From Planctomycetota bacterium (GTDB lineage: Bacteria > Planctomycetota > JAJSAM01 > JAJVHW01), in the NCBI GenBank assembly GCA_965248445.1, contig CBDFJG010000004.1, positions 640,001 to 704,000 on the forward strand: a stretch of DNA of 64,000 bases, read 5' to 3'. The first letter of the stretch is position 1. Every line of letters begins with the position of its first letter. The position numbers were made by a program, and so were the translations under genes. Positions 10,458 through 18,960 of this stretch are shown here, in pieces. Below the pieces are notes generated by a model. It worked only from the letters and a program-made list of their open reading frames with translations, was not told the DNA's origin and ran no database searches.

Positions 10458-11546
10458 CTACTCGGGGATGCTCTCGCTGTCGAAGTCGTTGTCCGAGTAC
10501 GTGGTCGCGCCTGGCAACGTCGTGTCCTCCACGCCGAACCCCTTGCTCTTCGTGGTCGTGTTCCGCGTGAGGGCGGTGCCCACGTTGTTGATCTCGAAGC
10601 CGTTGCCCTTCGCCTTCGTGACGACGCCGTCGGTGAGGGAGTTCTCGACGCCCTCGACGTCGAACCCGTCGTCCTTGGGCTTGATCGCCGTGTTCTCCTC
10701 GAACGTGTTGCCGCTGCCGGTGCAGTAGAACCCGTCGAACTTCGGCTTCGTCGCCGTGTTGCGACGCAGGGTGTTCCCGTTCCCGACGATCGCGAACGCG
10801 TCGTCGCCCGTCTTCTGCGCCACGTTGTCCTCGACCGTGTGCGAGGAACCGTTGATCACGAACCCACGGAATGCCGGCTTCTTCACGATGTTGTTGCGCA
10901 CCGTCGCGCCACTTTGGCCGGATGCGCTCTCGTCGAATTCGACTCCGTCTTCAGCGACCTTGCTGATCACGTTGTCCGAGATCACCGCATCGTCGCCGTT
11001 CAGGTCGATGCCGTCGTCACCGCACTTCGAGATCTTGCAGCCGGTGACCGTGACGTCGCTGACCTCCGTGGACCCGACTCCGAACGACATGCCGTCGTGG
11101 CCCGTCTTCTTGATCGTGCAACCCTGGACGCGAATCACGCTCGAGCCGGTCGCGAAGACCCCCGACACCGCTGAAGCCGTGATCTTGCAGCCGATGATCG
11201 CGACATCCGTGGCCGCGAGGATGTGCACTCCGTGGGTGCCCGCCTTCTTGATGGAGAACCCCTCCACGACGATCCCGATCGAGTCGTTGATCGTCACGCC
11301 GGCACCGTTCCCACCCGCATCGATCGTCGCCTTCTTGAGCGCCCGCAGCGTGACGTTCGACTTGCCGAGGAAGAGCACGTTCTCCTTGTACTTACCCTTC
11401 GAGACCGCGACGACGTCGCCGCCGACCGCGGCGTTGACCGCCTCTTGGATCGTGTCGAAGTCTCCGGGTACCGAGATCGTCTCGGCGATCGCGACGGTCG
11501 GAAGTGCAAACAGGGTCAGTGCGGCGGCGAGTGCGTGCGTTCTCAT
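10458..11546 (-). CDS. Secreted right-handed parallel beta-helix repeat protein
   Basis: Signal peptide, ISVPGDFDTIQEAVNAA, repeated 'I.K.G.DG' PbH1 units. GGAGGG RBS. Confidence 0.85.
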   Translation of the reverse strand: MRTHALAAALTLFALPTVAIAETISVPGDFDTIQEAVNAAVGGDVVAVSKGKYKENVLFLGKSNVTLRALKKATIDAGGNGAGVTINDSIGIVVEGFSIKKAGTHGVHILAATDVAIIGCKITASAVSGVFATGSSVIRVQGCTIKKTGHDGMSFGVGSTEVSDVTVTGCKISKCGDDGIDLNGDDAVISDNVISKVAEDGVEFDESASGQSGATVRNNIVKKPAFRGFVINGSSHTVEDNVAQKTGDDAFAIVGNGNTLRRNTATKPKFDGFYCTGSGNTFEENTAIKPKDDGFDVEGVENSLTDGVVTKAKGNGFEINNVGTALTRNTTTKSKGFGVEDTTLPGATTYSDNDFDSESIPE

Positions 11547-11603
11547 GGTTCCCTCCACGTCGGCCAAGCATAGCGACACAGCGATGCGTTAGCGTCGTGC
11601 GCC

Positions 11604-12395
11604 GTGACGACCAGCTACGACGACCACCCCTGGCTCTACGACGCGGCGTTCTCGTGGGACGTCACCGACGAGGTGGTGTGGCTCCGCGAGCGCTTCGGGC
11701 CCGGGGCCCGGTCCGTCCTCGAGCCCGCCTGCGGCTCGGGTCGGATGCTGGCGGGTCTCGCGCGCGCCGGACTCGACGTCGCCGGGTTCGATCGGTCCGC
11801 CTCGATGCTGGCGCGGGCACGGGCGCGCTTCGACGAAGACGGACTCCCCCCTCCTCTGCTCCTCGACGGCGAGCTCTCGGCCTGCGGCGGCCTCGAGTTC
11901 GGGCGCGCGTTCGACGCGGCGGTCATCCCGCTCGGCACGTTCGGCTACCTGACCGAGGACGCCGCCGCGGCGGCGCACCTGGAAGGCGTCGCCCGGCACC
12001 TACGGTCGGGATCGAAGTACTTGATCCAGTACGAGCTGAACGACCTCGGCACGTTCACGCCTCGGGAACCCGGGCCGACATGCCAGTGGGAGATGCCCCG
12101 CCCGCAAGGCAGCGTGCGCTGCACGGTCTTCGGCCGCGACTGGGACGCGACCACAGGCGTGACGACCGAGATCCAACGCTACGAGGTGCTCGACGGGCCG
12201 GACGCCGGCCTCGTGCGGGAGAGCGAGCATCGCCTCGGCGTGCGGGGCTGGGAGGGGTGGCGCGCACTGATCGACGCGTCCCCGTTCACGCAGACTGCCG
12301 CCTACGACGGAAACGCCCGCGACCGCGCCGCGCTGCCCGTCGGTGCGGCGCTGGAAGACCGTCTACTCGTGTGGCAGGAACTGACACTCGCTTGA
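11604..12395 (+). CDS. Class I SAM-dependent methyltransferase
   Basis: VLEPACGSGR motif I, GFDRSASML, FDAAV. Confidence 0.9.
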   Translation: MTTSYDDHPWLYDAAFSWDVTDEVVWLRERFGPGARSVLEPACGSGRMLAGLARAGLDVAGFDRSASMLARARARFDEDGLPPPLLLDGELSACGGLEFGRAFDAAVIPLGTFGYLTEDAAAAAHLEGVARHLRSGSKYLIQYELNDLGTFTPREPGPTCQWEMPRPQGSVRCTVFGRDWDATTGVTTEIQRYEVLDGPDAGLVRESEHRLGVRGWEGWRALIDASPFTQTAAYDGNARDRAALPVGAALEDRLLVWQELTLA

Positions 12396-12455
12396 CTCGG
12401 GCTTCACTGTGTCGGCTATCGTCTGGGGTTCATCCGTCAACACGAGGAGACCGGC

Positions 12456-12956
12456 ATGACACCTGAACAGATCAACTACCGCAGGCAGCTCTTGCTCGAC
12501 AAGTGCAAGGGTGAGGACGCGCTCACGCTCAAGGCGATGGAGGCCCTGCCCGCCGACAAGTTCGGCTGGAAGCCCGACCACGAAAAGTGCTGGCCCGCGG
12601 GTGAGCTCGCGATGCACTCGGTCGGCGCGGCGAACTTCTTCCTCGCGCTCGCAAAGGGCGAGACGCCCCCCAGCGAAGCGCCGCCCGGCCCGAGCGACAA
12701 GGCAGGGATGCTCGCGGCAGCCGGCGCAATCCAGGCGCAGTACCGCAGCGAGATCGCCGAGATGAGCACGGAGCAACTCGGCACCGAACTCGATTTCATG
12801 GGTCAGACGTTCTCGGCGCTCGACGTGCTCGAGTGGCACCCGTGGCACATGGTCCACCACCGCGGGCAGTTCCTGATGTACCTGCGGCTGATGGGCGCAA
12901 AGGTGCCGTCGACGTACGGTCCGTCCGGCGACGAGGACTACACAGGCGAGGCGTAG
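12456..12956 (+). CDS. DinB/YfiT-like family protein
   Basis: WKP...ELAMH, HMVHHRGQFLMYLRLMGAKVPSTYGPS. GAGGAG RBS. Confidence 0.9.
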   Translation: MTPEQINYRRQLLLDKCKGEDALTLKAMEALPADKFGWKPDHEKCWPAGELAMHSVGAANFFLALAKGETPPSEAPPGPSDKAGMLAAAGAIQAQYRSEIAEMSTEQLGTELDFMGQTFSALDVLEWHPWHMVHHRGQFLMYLRLMGAKVPSTYGPSGDEDYTGEA

Positions 12957-13038
12957 GCCCGGATCAACGCGTATCGGGCGGCGTGTCGGCGTTGGCGAAA
13001 GCGCCCCGCGTGTCAACCGGACAAGTGCCGCGTACCAT

Positions 13039-14187
13039 GTGGTCATGCACCGGGCAGGGCTCAGAGGACTCCTCGTCGCTGCGGCGGCGACCGGGCTGCT
13101 TGCAGGCGGATCGCTCGAGGCCAAGGACTCGGCAGAGAAGGCCGCCGCGCGGCGGGCCCGGGCCATGCTCGCCCAGACGGAGGGCCTGGCTGTCTTCCTC
13201 GGGACCATCGAGGACGCGCGCAAGGAGGCCCTCGACCGCAACGTACCTCTCCTTGTGCATCTGATGGTCGACACGGAGGTGTGCAGCACCGCCTACCTCA
13301 GCAACGTAATCGGGGACACGACGCTTGCGTCCATGAGCGAACGCGCGATCGTGGTGATCGGGAGCGACGGCGACCACGGGCAGGTCAGGCTGACCGATAA
13401 GGTGAACGGCAAGCCGGTGTCGCGGATGGTCTGTCCCACGCTGCCGTGGTTCGAGAACTGTGCAGCGCATGCGACCTCCCGCGACAACTCGTGGATCGCG
13501 TACAAGGACGCCGACGGCGAGATGCGCGCACCGCAGACGATCATCGAACTCGCCGAGGGTGGGATCTCGTTCCGGCACGATACGACGGTCTGCCCGCCGG
13601 TCGGTCCGATCATCGGCGCGCTGGGCGAAGCGCAGGAGACGTCGGGACACGGGATGACGGCGCGCGAGCACGCAGAAGTGCTCGTGCGGCGCGAACGCGG
13701 GCTGAAGGCGCTCAAGGCAGGCGATTGGGGCGCGGCATTCGGCGACCTTTGGCGCGCTCGAAAGCTCGCACAGAACGGCACGCTCGCGCGGCTTGTCGCC
13801 GAGGAGTTGGCGATCGCCGCCGACGAGATCGAGCAGTTGATCGGTGACTGGAGCCCGAAGCTCGTGGCCGGCACCGAGGTGGAAGCGTTCGAGAAGCTGG
13901 CCGGTCTCGAACCGCACATCGCCGGAACGAAGTGGGAGAAGTCCGTCGGTAAGTCGCTCGACGAAGCCGAACGCGACCAGTCGCTCACGCCTCTGCTAGC
14001 GGGCCCGATCCTCGCGCGCGAAGCGGAGAAGCTGTGGAGCGCGTACGAGGCGGCCGTCACCGCGACAAAGGACCGGAAGGCGACGAGCACACTCCGCAAG
14101 CTGCTCGACAAGAAGTACGCCGAGACACCCGCTGGCACGCGCGCAGCCGAGGCGAACCCGGATCTCGCCCGCAAGGTCCGTCGCTAG
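13039..14187 (+). CDS. Secreted hypothetical protein with a thioredoxin-like N-terminal fold and a helical C-terminus
   Basis: Signal peptide, 'TIEDARKEALDRNVPLLVHL' Trx-like start, C-terminal KYAETPAGTRA. Confidence 0.6.
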   Translation: MVMHRAGLRGLLVAAAATGLLAGGSLEAKDSAEKAAARRARAMLAQTEGLAVFLGTIEDARKEALDRNVPLLVHLMVDTEVCSTAYLSNVIGDTTLASMSERAIVVIGSDGDHGQVRLTDKVNGKPVSRMVCPTLPWFENCAAHATSRDNSWIAYKDADGEMRAPQTIIELAEGGISFRHDTTVCPPVGPIIGALGEAQETSGHGMTAREHAEVLVRRERGLKALKAGDWGAAFGDLWRARKLAQNGTLARLVAEELAIAADEIEQLIGDWSPKLVAGTEVEAFEKLAGLEPHIAGTKWEKSVGKSLDEAERDQSLTPLLAGPILAREAEKLWSAYEAAVTATKDRKATSTLRKLLDKKYAETPAGTRAAEANPDLARKVRR

Positions 14188-17100
14188 GCGCTGCCGAAGA
14201 GCCTTGTCCGAACGCGAAGCGTCAGATGGAACAGCGTCGGGACGAGCAGCATCGTGAAGAACGTCGAGACGACGAGGCCACCGAGCACCACGCTCCCGAG
14301 TCCCCGGTAGAGCTCGCTCCCCGCGCCCGGTGAGACGACCAACGGCAGAAGGCCGAACACGGTCGTGAACGTCGTCATGAAGATCGGCCGCATGCGCGTG
14401 CGGACACCGTCCTGAATCGCCTGCGACGGATCCACGCCCTCCTTCATCCGCTGAAGGGACTGGTGCACGATCAAGATCGGGTTGTTCACGACAGTGCCGA
14501 TCAGGATTACGAATCCGAGCATCGTCAGAACGTCGAGAGACTGCGGAATGAAGAGGTTGAGCAGCGCCAGCCCAACGATCCCGCCCGCGGCGCCGAGCGG
14601 CACCGCGACGATGATCACGAACGGGTACAGCCAGGACTCGAAGAGCGCGGCCATCAGCAGGTACGTGATCAGGAGGGCGAGAACGAGGTTGAAGCCGAGC
14701 GCGTCGGCGGTTGCGTTGAGTTTGTCGGCTGTCCCCGAGAGGTTGATGCGCACGGTGTCGGGCACGGAGCCCTCGGCCAGGATGGGCCCGACGATCTGTG
14801 ACTCGATCTTCTCGATCGCTTCCTCGAGCGGGAACGTCGGGGGCGGTGTGACCTGGATCGAGATGGTGCGCTGGCGTTCACGGTGGTTGATCTGCTCGGG
14901 GCCGCTCGCGAGAGAGACGTTCGCGATCGACGACAGCGGCACGAGGTCACCCGTCGACGTAGCAATGGGTAGCGCCTGGATGTCCTCGACGCTCCGTGCG
15001 AACTCGTAGCGCCCGACGATGGACAGGTCGATCTCGTCGCCGTCGACGTAGTAGTCCGACGCGAACGCTCCGTCCACGAGTGCGTCCACGGTGTAGCCGA
15101 GCTCGGCCGCACTGATCCCGAGCTGCGCCGCGTTCTCCCACTTGGGGCGAACGTGCACCTCCGGATTGGAGAGGTCGAGACTCGGCACCGGGAACGCCTG
15201 CGCCCCCGGCACGACGCCGGGCACCGTGCCCATCACGCGGCCTCCGATGCCGACGAGCACCTCGAGGTCCGGACCCGTGATCTCGATGTCCACCGTGCGG
15301 CCCGCGGAGAGACCCTGCTCGAAGATGCTCGACTGCTTCGCGACGCCGAACGTCCCGGGGAGCGAGAACGCGAGGCCCTGGATCAGTGGAACCAGCTCAC
15401 CGGAGCGCAGCGGATCCTGCGCGCGGATGCCCAGGAACACCGAGCGGCCGCGCGCCACGTAGAAGAAGTCCCGGATGGCCGGGAAGTCGAGCTCGGCCGC
15501 GCGCGGATCGCCGGGATCCATGTCCCAGTACGGTCGCGTCGCCGCTTCGATCGTCTCGCCCATGGCAACGAGTTCGTCGAGGTTGTAGCCGGGAGGCGGC
15601 AGCAGGATCCCGAACACGAGATTGCGGTTCCCGGTCGGGAGGTACTCCATCTTCGGCGTGAGCAGCCAGGTGCCGACGATCGCGCCGACGATAAAAAGAA
15701 GCACGACCGCGAGTTCCAGCATCCAGCTGCGCTGGAGCCAAGCGTTCACCGAGACCACGCTCTCGACGCACCACTTGCCGAAGTCGTCGATGAACTGGAG
15801 CCGCGCGCGCCTCGGTTGGCGTGGTGGCAACGACGCGGGTTCTTCGCCGCTCGGTGCGTGCTCCTTCAGGATGCGGGAGGTCGCCGTCGAGATGACCGTC
15901 GCGGACACGATCATGGAGATCGCCACGGCGGAGCCGATCGCGAGCGCGATGTCGCGGAACAACTGCCCCGCTTCTTCCTCGACGAAGAGGACCGGCACGA
16001 ACACGGCCAGCGTCGTGAGCGTGGACGCGAAGACGGCGCCCCACACTTCCTGCGTGCCCTTGATCGCGGCATCGCGCGGGGAAGCGCCCGCCTGGTAGTG
16101 CCGGTAGATGTTCTCCAGCACGACGACTGCGTTGTCGACGAGCATCCCGACCGCGAACGCCAGTCCCGCGAGGCTGATGACGTTCAGCGAGCGTCCCAGC
16201 AGACCGAGCACGAGGAAGCTGCCGATGAGGCTGGTCGGAATGGCGAGCGCGATGACCAGCGTCGAGCGCGCGCTGCGGAGGAACACCAGCAGAACGAGAA
16301 TCGTGAGCAGGCCACCGATGACGATGCTCTGGTTCACGAGCCCAACGGCCGACTCGATGTACTCGGTCTCGTCGTACACCAGTTCGAGCTGCAAGCCGCG
16401 GGCGGCGAGGACGCCCTCGTCCAGCTCGTGCATCGCCTCGCGCAGTCCGGCCATGACGTCGAGGACGTTCGCGCCGGCCTCACGCTGGCAGTTCACGGCG
16501 ATCGCCGACTCACCGAAGTTCCGGACGATGCCGGTGGCCTTTTTGTATCCGAGCCGCACCTCGGCCACGTCGCGCACGTACACCGGGATGCCATCCCGCT
16601 CAGCGACGATCGTGGACTCCACGTCGGCGGGCGACTCGAACTGACCGAGTGTGCGGACTGTGTAGCGCCGCTTGCCGTCGTCGAAGTCGCCACCCGAGGT
16701 GTCCTGGTTGCGAGCGCGCAGCGCGGTGCGCAGATCACCCACCGTGACGGCGCGGGCGGCGAGCGCGGACGGGTCCACGATGACCTGGAGCTCGCGGTCG
16801 CGGCCGCCGAACACGTTCGAGTTGCTGACGCCGGCGACCCGCTCGAAGCGCGCCTCGATCTGGTCCTCGGCGAACTTCCGGTACGTGGCGACGTCGACGT
16901 CCGGAGGGAGGAGCGCGGAGACACCTGGATGCGTCCCGGCCGCAAGACGCAGGCGGCTCATGCGGAGCCCGGAGCTGGCGGCGCGCGCGGCTCCGGCGAG
17001 CGAGTCCGCAAACTCCGGATGCGCGTCTGCGAACTCCTGCACCGCTTCGCGCGTGGGAACGCGCTGTCGCAGGATGAACCACGCGATCGGGTTCGCGCTG

Positions 17101-17495
17101 GAGCTCGACGTCGTGATGACGGGCTCCTGTGCCTCCTCCGGGTAGTCGCGCACCTGCTGCAGGCGCGAGCTGACCTTGAGCAGTGCGGAGTCCATGTCGG
17201 TGCCGACGATGAACTCAAGCGTCACGGTCGCCGTCGAGTCGGCGCTCTGCGAGCTGAGCTTCGCGAGACCCTCGACGCTCTTCAGCTGCTCTTCCTGCGG
17301 CTGGACGATCTCGCGCTCGACCTCTTGCGGGCTGGCACCCGGCCAGAGCGTCTCGACACTGATCGTGGGCGTCTGCACCTCGGGCGTGAGCTGCATCGGC
17401 ATCGCGACGAGCGCGATCGTGCCGAACAGTGCAACCAGAAGCACACCCACCGCCACCTTGACGGGGTTGTTGACGAACGCTGCGACCAGGCCCAC
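14184..17495 (-). CDS. RND efflux transporter permease subunit (AcrB/CusA family)
   Basis: 1103 aa. WPGASPQEVE, GMLVDNAVVVLENI, RMRPIFMTT, multiple TM helices. Confidence 0.95.
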   Translation of the reverse strand: MGLVAAFVNNPVKVAVGVLLVALFGTIALVAMPMQLTPEVQTPTISVETLWPGASPQEVEREIVQPQEEQLKSVEGLAKLSSQSADSTATVTLEFIVGTDMDSALLKVSSRLQQVRDYPEEAQEPVITTSSSSANPIAWFILRQRVPTREAVQEFADAHPEFADSLAGAARAASSGLRMSRLRLAAGTHPGVSALLPPDVDVATYRKFAEDQIEARFERVAGVSNSNVFGGRDRELQVIVDPSALAARAVTVGDLRTALRARNQDTSGGDFDDGKRRYTVRTLGQFESPADVESTIVAERDGIPVYVRDVAEVRLGYKKATGIVRNFGESAIAVNCQREAGANVLDVMAGLREAMHELDEGVLAARGLQLELVYDETEYIESAVGLVNQSIVIGGLLTILVLLVFLRSARSTLVIALAIPTSLIGSFLVLGLLGRSLNVISLAGLAFAVGMLVDNAVVVLENIYRHYQAGASPRDAAIKGTQEVWGAVFASTLTTLAVFVPVLFVEEEAGQLFRDIALAIGSAVAISMIVSATVISTATSRILKEHAPSGEEPASLPPRQPRRARLQFIDDFGKWCVESVVSVNAWLQRSWMLELAVVLLFIVGAIVGTWLLTPKMEYLPTGNRNLVFGILLPPPGYNLDELVAMGETIEAATRPYWDMDPGDPRAAELDFPAIRDFFYVARGRSVFLGIRAQDPLRSGELVPLIQGLAFSLPGTFGVAKQSSIFEQGLSAGRTVDIEITGPDLEVLVGIGGRVMGTVPGVVPGAQAFPVPSLDLSNPEVHVRPKWENAAQLGISAAELGYTVDALVDGAFASDYYVDGDEIDLSIVGRYEFARSVEDIQALPIATSTGDLVPLSSIANVSLASGPEQINHRERQRTISIQVTPPPTFPLEEAIEKIESQIVGPILAEGSVPDTVRINLSGTADKLNATADALGFNLVLALLITYLLMAALFESWLYPFVIIVAVPLGAAGGIVGLALLNLFIPQSLDVLTMLGFVILIGTVVNNPILIVHQSLQRMKEGVDPSQAIQDGVRTRMRPIFMTTFTTVFGLLPLVVSPGAGSELYRGLGSVVLGGLVVSTFFTMLLVPTLFHLTLRVRTRLFGSA

Positions 17496-17511
17496 GGGTG
17501 CGCTCGCCGTC

Positions 17512-18765
17512 CTATTCGCCGCCGTCGCCCGCGGGCTGCGGCGCGACCTTCTGCCCCGGTCTCAGGCGTTCGTTCCCGCGGATGACAACGCCGTCGCCCG
17601 CGCGCAGGCCCCCAGTCACCGTGATGAACCCGCTCTCAGCCTCGCCGACCTCCACGGGCGCCGGAACGACGGTGTGCGTGCCATCCGGATCCGAGATGAC
17701 GAGCCAGACGACCGGCTTCGGACCGCCCAGCACCAGCGCGTCCTTGGGGACCACCATCGAGCGCTTGGCGGGGCCGACTGCCAGGGACACGCGCGTGAAC
17801 ATGCCGGCTCCGAGATTCAGCGCCGCGGGCTCGGCCCCAGAGGTCTTGCGGCGGATCCTCACATCGACCGGAAACGCCCGCGTGCGCTGGTCCGCCATCG
17901 GGATGACTGTATGCACGCGACCGAAGAGCACGGTGCCGTCGAGAGCGGGGACGTGGACATGCGCCGCATCGCCGACGGAGATAGCGGCGATCACGTCCTC
18001 GACCACTCCCACGCGGACGTCCACCTCGTCGAGCGCCGCAATCGTGACCACCTGCGCACCCGGTGTGACCCACTCGCCGAGCTCGGTGTGCTTCGCGACG
18101 ATGCTCCCGTCGAACGGCGCGGTGACGGTGTGACGATCGAGATCGTCTTGGATGCGCGTCACGAGCGCTTCCTGCTCCGCGACGCGCGCGCGCGCTGCGG
18201 CGATCCTCTCGGGGCGCGGCCCGAGACGCAGAATCTTGAGCACGAGCTCCGCAACCCGCTTGGACTTCTCCGCAGCGACCTTGCGGAGCTGGCGTTCGCG
18301 AAACTCACCTTCGTTCAGCGCCCCTGTCTCGCGCATCCGCCGCCCGGAGTCCGCCTGCCACGCGGCGAAATCGAGATCGGCTTCGGCGGACGCGAGCCGT
18401 TCCTCGGCGGCAGTCACGTCCTCGCCGCGGCTTCCGTTCTCGAGCTCGCTCAGCTCCGCCGCGCGTGCGTCCAGCTCACCCTTGGCCGCCGCCAGCTCCG
18501 CGGCCACGCGCGTCGAGCGGACGCGCAAGAGCGGCTGCCCGGCCTTGACCTCGGCGCCCTCTTCGGCCAACAGTTCGACCACCCGGCCGGCCACCTCGCT
18601 CCCCACGACCGCCATTCGCGACGGGCGCACCGTGCCGACGAATGTGCGGCGAGGTGCGACGTCGTGGTTCTCGACGGTAGCCACCACGACGGGCGCGGGT
18701 GGGAACTCCTGAGCGAGCGCCGCAGCGGGCGCCAAGAGCAACACGGTCATTGTCCGCAGGATCAT
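17512..18765 (-). CDS. RND efflux periplasmic adaptor (membrane fusion protein)
   Basis: Lipoyl-like GSEVAGRV...EG..VKAGQPL, coiled hairpin, TVTAPFDGSI, VVPKDALV. GGAGG RBS before ATG 18765. Confidence 0.92.
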   Translation of the reverse strand: MILRTMTVLLLAPAAALAQEFPPAPVVVATVENHDVAPRRTFVGTVRPSRMAVVGSEVAGRVVELLAEEGAEVKAGQPLLRVRSTRVAAELAAAKGELDARAAELSELENGSRGEDVTAAEERLASAEADLDFAAWQADSGRRMRETGALNEGEFRERQLRKVAAEKSKRVAELVLKILRLGPRPERIAAARARVAEQEALVTRIQDDLDRHTVTAPFDGSIVAKHTELGEWVTPGAQVVTIAALDEVDVRVGVVEDVIAAISVGDAAHVHVPALDGTVLFGRVHTVIPMADQRTRAFPVDVRIRRKTSGAEPAALNLGAGMFTRVSLAVGPAKRSMVVPKDALVLGGPKPVVWLVISDPDGTHTVVPAPVEVGEAESGFITVTGGLRAGDGVVIRGNERLRPGQKVAPQPAGDGGE

Positions 18766-18960
18766 CGCCGCCTCCATCCCCCGCTCCCAGTCAACGGTCC
18801 CGAACAGGACCGCAATCCCCGGATTAACCAATCCGTGCCCGACCGGCACCATTTCGAGATTCCGCGACGCGCAGCCAGGCAGGAGTCCGGTCGAGGCCAC
18901 GGCGGAAACTGGGGTTACGATGCCGACTCGGGGCAGAGGATGCGACGGAGGAGTACAACG